The position numbers were made by a program, and so were the translations under genes. The notes beneath the pieces are model-generated. The model was not told the origin of the DNA, did no database searches, and saw nothing but the letters and a program-made list of their open reading frames with translations. 64,000 nt of DNA. It comes from Mobula hypostoma. Its lineage: Eukaryota. Every line of letters begins with the position of its first letter. The stretch's first letter is position 1. Below are positions 53,131-64,000 of the stretch, one piece after another. Location: positions 37,760,001 through 37,824,000 of the forward strand of contig NC_086097.1 in the NCBI RefSeq assembly GCF_963921235.1, read 5' to 3'.

Positions 53131-53335
53131 AACGTGAAAAATGAAAAAAGTAACATGAACAATTATTAAATATTATAAAAACTTAAAATACTAACATTTA
53201 ACTCAACAGTCACTGAAAGGTATTGACTTATTAGTATTCCATTATTGTTTAACACTGTGATTAAATTTGCAATTTTAATCATTCAACAGTCCTAATGTAT
53301 GTAATGGGTAAAGGACACAATATCATTATACTTAC

Positions 53336-53404
53336 AGGATTCCCAACAACTGAAAGCTCAGTCAAGTTTGAAAGTGAATCAAGTTTTTCCAGTTCACCCA
53401 TATC
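53336..53404 (-). CDS. LRRC9: LRRC9-like coding exon
   Basis: ttttgtacag|...|gtaag, 69 bp, phase 0 to 0. DMGELEKLDSLSNLTELSVVGNP (last LRR ending in GNP), in frame with the previous exon. Confidence 0.85.
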
Positions 53405-53867
53405 CTGTACAAAATAAAAGAACTATATTGAAAATAGTTTTATTGGATATAACAACATGTATTACAAGAATATCTTCAGTAACCATATTGAAAATCTTGT
53501 GTTAAAATATAGTTTTCTCACCTTGCTACTAAATGGATCTGTTAAATTACATATACCAGATGAAGAACCAATTAGCATGCACATTTTGTCAGAACAAGTC
53601 TATTCCATTCAACACCAGAAAAAATAAGCTGTGAGGCAGCAGCATATCTGACTGTGCCACAGTATCACCACTGTGCATACTTCTCAGATCTGAACACCTC
53701 CATTCTTGCAGTCAGGGTAATTCAGTTAGCTGAGTGGGCACTTATCATTTTAATGAAATCCCCAACCATGCGATTTGTTGAATGGATTATTTTCCTCAAA
53801 TGGCAAAACCATTTCTGGGGAAAAGGTATTGATAGAAAGTCTGAATCTTTAGTTAAAAAGCAACAAA

Positions 53868-54185
53868 CATGTTGCTGAAGGAACTTAGCAAGTCAGGCTG
53901 CATTTGTAGAAGGAAATGGATAGCTGATGTTTCAGGTTAAGATTCTTCATCCGGACAGACAGGAGAGTGCCAGTGTAAAAGGTGAGGGGAAGGGGTGGAG
54001 CCAGAGTGAGCAAACAACATGTGAGCCCTTTTCTCACCCATATCTTTCAGTCTAGATTAAAGGTCTTAACCCAAAAACATCAACAGTTCATTTCCCTCCA
54101 TAGATATTGTATGAAACAGAGCTCTCCCTGCATTTTGTGCTTTTTTTTTTGCTCCATATTCCGGTACCTGTAGTCTTTTGTGTCT
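53868..54185. mobile_element. Inverted pair of Penelope-derived short repeats
   Basis: Minus copy at about 53868-53960 and plus copy at about 54045-54185, each with a decayed hammerhead box. Confidence 0.6.
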
Positions 54186-54312
54186 TCATTTAAAAGAATG
54201 TTTTCATGTTCCAGGTTCATGAACAATATAGTCTGCATTCAGTTCAATTTGAGAAACATTTAAAAAAAACATAAGATCAGAAAAAATCAAAACAAACTCA
54301 AAAATTCTTCAC

Positions 54313-54530
54313 CTGGATTTTATTTCCACCAAGGAAAAGCCGCTGTAATTTTACCAATCGATACAAGTTGTTGAGGTCTCGCATTCTGTTCTCCTCTAAG
54401 TGGAGTTCAACAAGAGAGCTTTGGTCCATGAAGGAATTTTCATGGATGATTTTGACTCTGTTTCGTTCCAGTGATAATTCAGTAAGGTAATAAAGGCGGT
54501 CAAGCCCTTCAATCTGACTAATAAAATTAC
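54313..54530 (-). CDS. LRRC9: LRRC9-like coding exon (leucine-rich repeats), first exon visible in the window
   Basis: Acceptor tcatcatag|, donor CAG|gtgaag, 218 bp, phase 1 to 0. (G)NFISQIEGLDRLYYLTELSLERNRVKIIHENSFMDQSSLVELHLEENRMRDLNNLYRLVKLQRLFLGGNKIQ contains three LxxLxLxxN repeats and resembles the LRRC9 C-terminal LRRs. Confidence 0.85.
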
Positions 54531-55306
54531 CTATGATGAAAATAATTTAAATACATTAAATTCCAGTAAAAGCATGCATGAATTCTTTCAGATGGAAATT
54601 AATTGTTTAAAAATTCTTGAGAAAATAAGAATTGGATTTAGTTAAATAAGTTTTCCAGTTGCTAATTTATACTTGGGAAATTTAGATAATTTTCTCTTTT
54701 TTTTGCCTACTGGAACTTGCAGTGACATTGGAATCATAATAAGTCTTCAAAAGAGAACAGGATACATGCCTTCAAATTACAAACTTCAAGTTACAGAAAC
54801 AGCGATATGCCATATTGTACTGCAGATTACCTTTGGAAGTGAAAGACACAGTTTGCAACATGATTTGATTGCTTGCGTGATGGGATGAGAGAATGGGGAG
54901 ATCATGACAAATGTGTGTTCCCAGTGGAAGGAGGCTGTACAATGTATCTGGATGGAATAGGTTGGATTTTTGATGATCAATATGGCCTTTATTTCTTATT
55001 TTTCCAAGTTTGTTTTAACTTGTGAATATTCTAAAAAGAACTTTAGAAATAACTGAGACTAGGTTTCAAGCAAGATATTCTTAGCTGGTGATTGATTAGA
55101 CTGCACCTTGAATTCTGCAATTAATTTAGGCATTTAAGCAACAAGTACCAGAGCAGCATGAAGAACTAAAAGTTTACTCTCCATTAAACTATAGATATGG
55201 GGAAAATGGAGAAATGCATTTGGAAATGGAGAAATGGAGAAATGAGAAGCTCGGAACCTTAAACAAAGGGCATACACACTTGAGACAGAGAAGAAAATAA
55301 AACATA

Positions 55307-55400
55307 CAACAAACAAGAGAAAATTTGCAGATGCTGGAAATCCGAGCAACACACACAAAATGCTGGAGGAACTCAGCAGGCCAGGCAGAATCTATGCAAA
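55307..55400 (-). mobile_element. Penelope-derived short repeat, distal part
   Basis: gcagatgctggaaatccgagcaacacacacaaaatgctggaggaactcagcaggccaggcag. Confidence 0.7.
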
Positions 55401-55414
55401 AAATAGGAGGGAAG

Positions 55415-58358
55415 GGTTTTTAAACAAAAGCATTCAAAAATGACCCCTAATTGAAGCATGACTTGCATTTAAAAGAGCAGTCGAAATCACTGTTTCAATG
55501 GAAACCTCAGACACAGGTGCAATTGAGCTGCAGTTAGGAAAGAAAGTGAGCGTGAACAAAATTTCAGAGTCTAAACAGAAACAATTGCGCTAACACTGTG
55601 GAAGGAACTCACATACACCAAACAATTGAGAATCAAGTTCGCAGATGACACCACGGTGGTTGGTCTGATCAGAGGGGATAACGAGACGGCCTACAGGGCC
55701 GAGGTCCAGCACCTGGCTGCGTGGTGTGCCGACAACAATCTGGACCCTAACATCCAGAAGACCAAGGAGATCATTGTACACTTCAGGCATGCTAGGAGTC
55801 ACACTCACGTCTCCATCTACATCAACGGAACTGTAGTGGAGCAAGTATCAAGCTTCAAATTACTTGGTGTCCACATTTCCGAGGATCTCACCTGGTCCCT
55901 GAACTCCTCCATCTTGATCAAAAAGGTGCAACAGTGCCTTTATTTCCTGCGGAGCATGAAGAAAGCTCACCTCTGTCCCAGGATACTGATGGACTTTTAC
56001 CGCTGTACCATTGAGAGCATACTCACCAACTGCATCTCAGTGTGGTATGGCAATTGTCCCGTATCAGACCGCAAAGCACTCCAGCGTGTGGTGAAAACTG
56101 CCCAGCGGATTATCAGCACCCAATTGCCCACCATTGAGAACATCTACCACAAACTCTGCCTGGGCAGGGCGAAAAGCATTATCAGGGATGCATCTCACCC
56201 TAACCATGGACTTTTTACTCTCCTCCCATCTGGTAGGCACTACAGGAGCCTCCACTCCCGCACCAGCAGGCACAGGAAGAGCTTTTTCCCTGAGGCTGTG
56301 ACACTGCTGAACCTCTCATCACAGCGCTAAGCAGTATTGCATCCATATTGTACTGTCTCAGTACTTTTATATTAGTGTGCTGTAGCACTTTTTTTATTCG
56401 CAGTTATTTTGTAAATAACACTATTCTTTGCATTTCTGGACAGATGATAAATGCATTTCATTGGCTTTGTATCTGTACTCAGCACAATGGCAATAAAGTT
56501 GAATCTAATCTAATCTAATTTAAAAGGTGAAACTTGCATAAAATGTAATAAAGTATGACACATACAAAGAGCATGTTGGGCAGATAAAAATAAATGGACT
56601 GCACGGGGAAGAGAAAAGGCTAAAAAATCAAGTTGCAGTTTCAAAAAGAGCACTAATCTGCATGTTGTTGATGAAAAATCTGATAATGATGAGAGCGTCT
56701 TAGGACTGGCTAGCCTTGAGATTTACAATGTGAAAATTAACAACAGACAAGCAATATGGCCTACACCAGAAGTGAATGGCAAATTAATTAAAATGGAATT
56801 GGACTCTGGCTCAGCTGTTTGTCATCCCACAAAATGAGTTTGAACAGCATTTCAAAGAAACTAAACTGAAGCCTGCAGATATCCAACTAAGAACTTACAC
56901 TGGAGAAAAGATGACTCCTGAGGGAATGATATCCATAACAATGAAATACAACCAACAAGCCACATTGAGCGTGTATGTATTAAAAACCGAAGAACCAGTA
57001 TTGTGGGGGTATGTCTGGTTGAGACAAGTACAATTTGATTGGAGATCCATTCACAACTTGCTTGCCACATCCCTGCAATGAAGCCAACTTGAAGCAAATT
57101 AGGAGAGAAACTAGATGATTCCACAACTGTCTCCATGCTGTAAACCATGAACCATTGCCCAGCAGAGGACAAATAGGTGATGGTACCTCCCACTGTGCCT
57201 CTGGTTGGAAAGTATATTGGACCAAGGATGCACCATGCTGCACATATGAAATGAGAAAGTGATGAAAACAGTGGTCCAATTGCACGCAGCATATCTGAGA
57301 AAGCTTCTGATATGTTAATCACGCAGTTACTTACAAAATGCAGCTTGGTTTTAAACTGGAAGAGAGTTCAAGAAGATTCAGGAAAGATAAAAACATTTGG
57401 CTTTAGTGAGTAAAAAGAACCAAGATCTACTCTGCATGCATTAAGGTTATTGGATTAACTTCAAGTGGGAGACAAAAAGCTGCTTGCAAAAGTAGATGCA
57501 AAGACCAAAGCCCATGGATGAATGGAAGGCTGAAAAGAAAGGAATCAATGGAGCTATGAAAACAAAGGATTTGTCACAGCATGAGGAAACCAAGAAGAGA
57601 GTTCAGATTGTAAAGGGAGCAAAAGAGGATTAATAAGAGAATACTCCAGTGAACTAAATGCACCTTCCCAAGATCAAGATACACAAACTAGGAGGGAAGA
57701 GAAGGACAGAAAGGAATATAAGCAAGAAAGAGAAAGGTGTAAAAGAGAGAAAGAACATGAAAAAAGTGAAGGATTAGAGTAGATCCAGAGAGGGAAAAGA
57801 AGAAAGGTGGTTACCACTATCAGACTCACTTCCTGCAGACTCAGAGTCAACTTCTACAACCACTACGGAGAAGGCCCTAGAACCTGAGATTGTTTTCACA
57901 GCCAACAGTCTCACCTGCCAAGTAGAGGCATTCCGTCATCAGGAAAGATATTATCCCACAAGAGCAAGAAATTCTCCACTATGATTAAATCTTTTGGCCT
58001 AAATGTAATAATTTAAAATTTACTATGCTGTGGATGTCTGTATATAGTAGTTGTATTATATAGTATACTCTGTGTACAGTTGAGACACATTCTCTATTGA
58101 GCTAGTTTATAGCCAAGCATGGAGGAGTGTTGTTTATTTAATATTTAAGTAACATTTGAGTAATCTTGATTATATATAGTTTAAGTATTCTTGTTCTTTA
58201 AATAATTCATTAAGGATTATATGTATAAATACGTGAATTGTATATGTACCACACTACCATGTGATATGTGCATGCCTCGCTTAAAGTTAGACAAGCATTT
58301 CGGACTCTCTTGTCTTCCTTTGAATTAGCTTAATGCTTTGAAGTTACAAAACATAACA
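55415..58358 (+). mobile_element. Internally deleted Gypsy LTR retrotransposon (gag, zinc knuckle, protease, integrase tail, PPT, 3' LTR)
   Basis: FKRAVEITVSMET (gag), C..C...(G)HIQRAC knuckle at about 56533, VNGKLIKMELDSGSA protease and ERYYPTRARN. PPT ggaggag at 58121-58127; LTR TGTTG...TAACA at 58128-58358. Confidence 0.8.
55625..56520 (+). mobile_element. Young 5'-truncated Rex-Babar LINE inserted in Gypsy gag
   Basis: Uninterrupted 234-aa ORF from IKFADDTTVVGLI to SFFPEAVTLLN; tail aataaagttgaatctaatctaatct. Confidence 0.9.
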
Positions 58359-58361
58359 AAA

Positions 58362-58735
58362 TTTTTATCGTTGCGTGGTGGAGAGTATACTTACTGATTG
58401 CACCACAGCCTGGTATGGAAACAGTAATGCCTTTGAACAGAAAATCCTACAAAAGGTAGTGTATACAGCCCAGTCCATCACAGGTAAAGCCCTCCCCACC
58501 ACTAAGGAGCTCTAAATGAAGCACTGTCGCAAGAAAGCAGCATCCATCATCAAGGACCCCCACCACTTAGGTCATGCTCTCTTCTTGCTGCTGCAATCAT
58601 GAAGGTGGTACAGGAACATCAGGACTCTCACCACCAGGTTCAGGAACAGTTATTACTCCTCAGTCATCAGGCTCTTGAACCACAGGGGATAACATCACTC
58701 AACTTCACTTGCCCCATCACTGAACAGTTTCCACA
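58362..58735 (+). mobile_element. Rex-Babar 3' fragment; its tail resumes at about 59185-59230
   Basis: VVESILTDCTTAWYGN...KAASIIKDPHH; tail gataataaatttactttgaa follows the Tc1 piece. Confidence 0.75.
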
Positions 58736-59186
58736 GATTTGTGCTTCTCTATTATCATTTCCCTGACATGCCTTGAACGCTCTTGTCTTCATTTTGGTCT
58801 GGTCCGTTGGAAATCTACCATATTGTTGGACCTTACAGATAGAGGGTGTATTTATTCCTATTAATTCATTTAAAACAGGTGATCCTCCAATTTTCAACAT
58901 CAATAAATTGATTGAGTTGTTAAGGTATTGAACCTGAGGAAAGTTAGTGTAATAATTAAAAAGGGTATGAATACTTTATCAACTTCACAATTTTGAATAC
59001 TTTATCAACCTCACAATTTTGATTTTTAGTAAACCGTCGACAGGTTTTAGAATTTTTCTTTTGTTTTGACATGATACACAATAGATTAGCTCAAAAATAC
59101 TGCTTCAATATTTTAAATTTATAAAATGAGACAGGAACATGTGGAAATAGTTGTGGGGGGGTTGAATACTTTGTCAAGGCACTGTA
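58735..59186 (-). mobile_element. Tc1 transposon 5' fragment
   Basis: TIR TA|cagtgccttgacaaagtattcaacccc at the right end; start of a transposase MKTR..SRHVREMIIEKHKS (frameshifted). Confidence 0.8.
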
Positions 59187-59794
59187 TATGGTGACAAATA
59201 TGTACTTTGATAATAAATTTACTTTGAAGTTTTACTTGGATTTTGGACCTTTTTCTGTCATTTTCTCTTCCCATGTGAAGGTATTACATCACATAAAGAA
59301 CTGTTACTTGTTGCAGAAGTCTTGTTTCAGTCCAAGGACTCACCACTTAAGATCAGCATATTACAATGGAGCAAGCTAATGTTAGTGGAGATGGAAAGGG
59401 CAAGCACATATTTACAATTTAGGTCAGCAGCATGTGCAGAAGCTCACATTTGCAATGAGTTCTGGCTTAATATTTATTTATGTAGCACGTTTCATGTAGA
59501 AAAGTGTCCCAAGACTCCAAAGAAGATTCTCACTTAAAAAAAACATTAGAACACTTCATCAAATAATTAAGTTTTAACAGGAAATCCAAAGAAGCAGTTC
59601 TGTATAGGGAAGAAATCCAGGAGCCAGGGCATAAAGGCTACTGAATGACAGCAGTGGTAAGATGACTAGATGTGCTAGAAATGGCAACAGAAACATTTGT
59701 AATTCCATTGACTTGAAACTGTCTGAGCTGCTGAGTATCATCGACATTTTATTTCACTAAACCATTTCCCACGTGTCTAAAAATAATGGAAACA

Positions 59795-60110
59795 GCAGAA
59801 TGGTAGCGTTGAGGTTAGCGCAATGACTTTACAGCATCAACAATCACCAAATATGGTTTGATTCCCACCACTGTCTGTAAGGAGTTTGTACATTCTCCCT
59901 GTGAACACGTAGGTTTGTCCTGGATATCCAGTTTCTTCCCACATTCTAAAGATGCATGGTTAGGGTTAGTAAGTTTTAGGCATGGTATGTTGGGCCAGAA
60001 GCATGGCAACACTTGTGGGCTGCTTCCAGCACAGTCCTTGCTGACTAGATTTGACACAAATGATGCATTTTATTGTATGTTTTGATGTACATGGGGCTGA
60101 TCTTTAACTT
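59795..60110 (+). mobile_element. V-SINE
   Basis: B box ggtttgattcc and V domain tgtaaggagtttgtacattctccctgtg...tttcttcccacattctaaaga. Confidence 0.72.
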
Positions 60111-60144
60111 GAAGCTGTTGAAGTGCTTAATCCAAAGATAAAAA

Positions 60145-63100
60145 TAGAACATAGAATAGTACAGCACAGTACAGGCCCTTCGGCCCACAATGTTGTGCCA
60201 ACCCTCAAACCCTGCCTCCCATATAAGCCCCCACCTTAGATTCCTCCATATACCTGTCCAGTAGTCTCTTAAACTTCACTAGTGTATCTGCCTCCACCAC
60301 TGACTCAGGCAGTGCATTCCATGCACCAACCACTCTCTGAGTAAAAAACCTTCCTCTAATATCCCCCTTGAACTTCCCACCCCTTACCTTAAAGCCATGT
60401 CCTCTTGTATTGAGCAGTGGTGCCCTGGGGAAGAGGCGCTGGCTATCCACTCTATCTATTCCTCTTATTATCTTGTACACCTCTATCATGTCTCCTCTCA
60501 TCCTCCTTCTCTCCAAAGAGTAAAGCCCTAGCTCCCTTAATCTCTGATCATAATGCATAATTTCTAAACCAGGCAGCATCCTGGTAAATCTCCTCTGTAC
60601 CCTTTCCAATGCTTCCACATCCTTCCTATAGTGAGGTGACCAGAACTGGACACAGTACTCCAAGTGTGGCCTAACCAGAGTTTTATACAGCTGCATCATT
60701 ACATCGTGACTCTTAAACTCTATCCCTCGACTTATGAAAGCTAACACCCCATAAGCTTTCTTAACTGCCCTATCCACCTGTGAGGCAACTTTCAGGGATC
60801 TGTGGACATGTACCCCGAGATCCCTCTGCTCCTCCACACTACCAAGTATCCTGCCATTTACTTTGTACTCTGCCTTGGAGTTTGTCCTTCCAAAGTGTAC
60901 CACCTCACACTTCTACGGGTTGAACTCCATCTGCCACTTCTCAGCCACTTCTGCATCCTATCAATGTCTCTCTGCAATCTTTGACAATCCTCTACACTAT
61001 CTACAACACCACCAACCTTTGTGTCATCTGCAAACTTGCCAACCCACCCTTCTACCCCCACATCCAGGTCGTTAATAAAAATCACGAAAAGTAGAGGTCC
61101 CAGAACAGATCCTTGTGGGACACCACAAGTCACAATCCTCCAATCTTAATGTACTCCCTCCACCACCACCCTCTGCCTTCTGCAGGCAAGCCAATTCTGA
61201 ATCCACCTGGCCAAACTTCCCTGGATCCCATGCCTTCTAACTTTCTGAATAAGCCTACCTTGTGGAACCTTATCAAATGCCTTACTAAAATCCATATAGA
61301 TGACATCCACTGCACTACCCTCATCTATATGCCTGGTCACCTCCTCAAAGAACTCTATCAGGCTTGTTAGACACGATCTGCCCTTCACAAAGCCATGCTG
61401 ACTGTCCCTGATCACACCATGATTCTCTAAATACCTATAGATCCTATCTCTAAGAACCTTTTCCAACAGCTTTCCCACCACAGACGTAAGGCTCACTGGT
61501 CTATAATTACCCGGACTATCCCTACTACCTTTTTTGAACAAGGGAACAACATTCGCCTCCCTCCAATCCTCCGGTACCATTCCCATGGACAATGAGGACA
61601 TAAAGATCCTAGCCAGAGGCTCAGCAATCTCTTCTCTCTCCTCATGGAGCAGCCTGGGGAATATTCCATCAGGCCCCGGGGACTTATCTGTCCTAATGTA
61701 TTTTAACAACTCCAACACCTCCTCTCCCTTAACATCAACATGCTCCAGAACATCAACCTCACTCATATTGTCCTCACCATCATCAAGTTCCCTCTCATTA
61801 GTGAATACCGAAGAGAAGTATTCATTGAGGACCTCGCTCACTTCCACAGCCTCCAGGCACATCTTCCCACCTTTATCTCTAATCGGTCCTACCTTCACTC
61901 CTGTCATCCTTTTCTTCTTCACATAACTGAAGAATGCCTCGGGGTTTTCCTTTACCCTACTCGCCAAGGCCTTCTCATGCCCCCTTCTTGCTCTTCTCAG
62001 CCCCTTCTTAAGCTCCTTTCTTGCTACCCTATATTCCTCAATAGACCCATCTGATCCTTGCTTCCTAAACCTCATGTATGCTGCCTTCTTCCACCTGACT
62101 AGATTTTCCACCTCACTTGTCACCCATGGTTCCTTCACCCTACTATTCTTTATCTTCCTCACCAGGACAAATTTATCCCTTACATCCCGCAAGAGATCTC
62201 GAAACATCAACCACATGTCCATAGTACATTTCCCTGCAAAAACATCATCCCAATTCACACCTGCAAGATCTAGCCTTATAGCCTCATAATTTGCCTTTCC
62301 CCAATTAAAAATTTTCCTGTCCTCTTTGATTCTATACTTTTCCATGATAATTATAAAGGCCAGGGAGCCGTGGTCACTGTCCCCCAGATGCTCACCCACT
62401 GAGAGATCTGTGACCTGACCTGGTTCATTACCTAGTACTAGATCTAGTATGGCATTCCCCCTGGTCGGCCTGTCCACATACTGTGACAGGAATCCATCCT
62501 GGACACACTTAACAAATTCTGCCCCATCTAAACCCTTGGAACTAATCAGGTGCCAATCAATATTAGGGAAGTTAAAGTCACCCATCATAACAACCCTGTT
62601 ATTTTTGTATCTTTCCAAAATCTGCCTCCCAATCTGCTCCTCTGTATCTCTGCTGCTACCAGGGGGCCTATAGAATACCCCCAGTAGAGTAACTGCTCCC
62701 TTCCTGTTCCTGACTTCCACCCATATTGACTCAAAAGAGGATCCTGCTACATTACCCACCCTTTCTGTAGCTGTAATAGTACTCCCCTTTTTCTGCCCTC
62801 TCTATCCCTTTTAAAGCACTGAAATCCAGGACCATTGAGAATCCATTCCTGCCCTGGTGCCAGCCAAGTCTCTGTAATGGCCACTACATCATAATTCCAT
62901 GTATGTATCCAAGCTCTCAGTTCATCACCCTTGTTCCTGATGCTTCTTGCATTGAGGTGCACATATTTCAGCCCTTCTACCTTACTGTCTTTACACCGTT
63001 TATTCTGCTTCTCTTTCCTCAAAGCCTCTCTATATGTTAGATCTGGCTTTACTCCATGCACTTCTTTCACTGCTCTATCGCTCTGGGTCCCATCCCCCTC

Positions 63101-64000
63101 ACAAACTAGTTTAAACCCTCCCGAACCATGCTAGCAAACCTACCTGCAAGGATATTGCTCCTCCTCGAGTTCAGGTGCAACCCATCCACTCTGTACAGGT
63201 CCCACCTTCCCCAGAAGAGATCCCAATGATCTAAAAATCTAAAACCCTGCTCCCTGCACCAACTCTTCAGCCACGCATTCAACTGCCATCTCCTCCAATT
63301 CTTACCATCTCTGTCACGTAGCACTGGCAGCAAACCTGAGAACGTCACCCTTGAGGTCCTGTTCTTCAGCCTTCTGCCTAATTCCGGAAACTCACCCTTC
63401 AGGACCTCATCCCTCTTCCTGCCTATGTCGTTGGTCCCAACATGTATCACGACTTCTGGTTGCTTTCCCTCTCGTACCAGGATGTCGTGCACCCGGTCAG
63501 AGACATCCCGGACCCTGGCACCCGGGAGGCAACAAACCATGCGGGTGTCCTTCTCACGTCCACAAAATTTCCTGTCTGCTCCCCTGACTATAGAGTCTCC
63601 AATGACGACAGCTCTCCTCTTCTCCATCCCACCCTTCTGCACCACAGGGTCAGACTCAGTGCCGGAGGCCCTGTCACCATGGCTCACACCTGGTCAGTCG
63701 TCCCCGCCAACAGTATCCAGGATGGTAAACTTATTATTCAGGGGGATGGCTACAGGGGTGCTCTGCACTACCTGTCTGCTCACCTTCACTTTCCCCCCTC
63801 TGATTGTCACCCAACGACCTGCTTCTGACAGCCTAGGTGTGACTACCTCCCTGTAGCTCTCATCTATGACTGCCTCATTCTCCCTTATGAGTCGAAGGTC
63901 ATCCAGCTGCTGCTCCAGATTCCTTACACGGTCTTCCAGATCGCCCAGCCGTATGTACTTCTGGCAGATGTGACTCTGCGGGAGAGGAGCGTTCCCCCAA
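60145..64000 (-). mobile_element. Young, near full-length CR1 LINE running off the window: ORF1 (coiled coil + SGNH esterase) and ORF2 (APE-RT)
   Basis: ORF1 RAVVIGDSIVRG...HVGTND...DGLHLN (63106-63687). ORF2 [41 protein letters not shown] in four pieces with few frameshifts. 3' tail ctattctatgttcta. Confidence 0.96.

Noticed and set aside
58843..58935. Apparent minus-strand exon (ctttcctcag|VQYLNNSINLL...|gtaag) upstream of the LRRC9-like exons
   Set aside because: It lies inside the 5' non-coding part of a Tc1 fragment (TIR at 59186, transposase start just downstream) and has no LRR pattern.
58968..59022. Short direct repeats (also about 14510-14565 and 55200-55245) as CRISPR-like arrays
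   Set aside because: They are simple 2-3 copy local duplications with no spacer structure, in a eukaryotic context.
61534..63856. Several plus-strand ORFs of 70-143 aa
   Set aside because: They are antisense shadows of CR1 ORF1/ORF2. Most other short ORFs in the track are likewise repeat-derived or random.

Overview
This is repeat-dense vertebrate genomic DNA. The repeat set (CR1 with SGNH ORF1, Rex-Babar, V-SINEs, Penelope short repeats) suggests a cartilaginous fish, probably a ray; this is inference. Two host genes are visible. (1) A single internal WD40 coding exon of an EML5-like gene lies on the + strand (20628-20884); I found no other EML exon in the window. (2) The 3' end of an LRRC9-like gene lies on the - strand as six phase-consistent GT-AG exons (54530 down to a stop at 38820), most of them missed by the ORF track. 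The layout implies either that LRRC9-like is nested antisense in a >43 kb EML5 intron, or that the EML5 exon is an orphan. The rest is a layered transposon record: CR1, Rex-Babar, L1, RTE, HERO and Penelope retroelements, Gypsy remnants and a solo LTR, Tc1/mariner, hAT and Sola3-like DNA transposons, and several SINEs. Notable non-coding signals are about 8 copies of a minimal type I hammerhead ribozyme motif on Penelope terminal repeats (intact core at 44568-44600), a TSD-flanked 564-bp structured element with a partly HDV-like 5' fold, SINEs with swapped head/tail modules, and a 519-bp doubly palindromic mariner MITE. Repeat boundaries were read by eye and are approximate unless a TSD or TIR is quoted.
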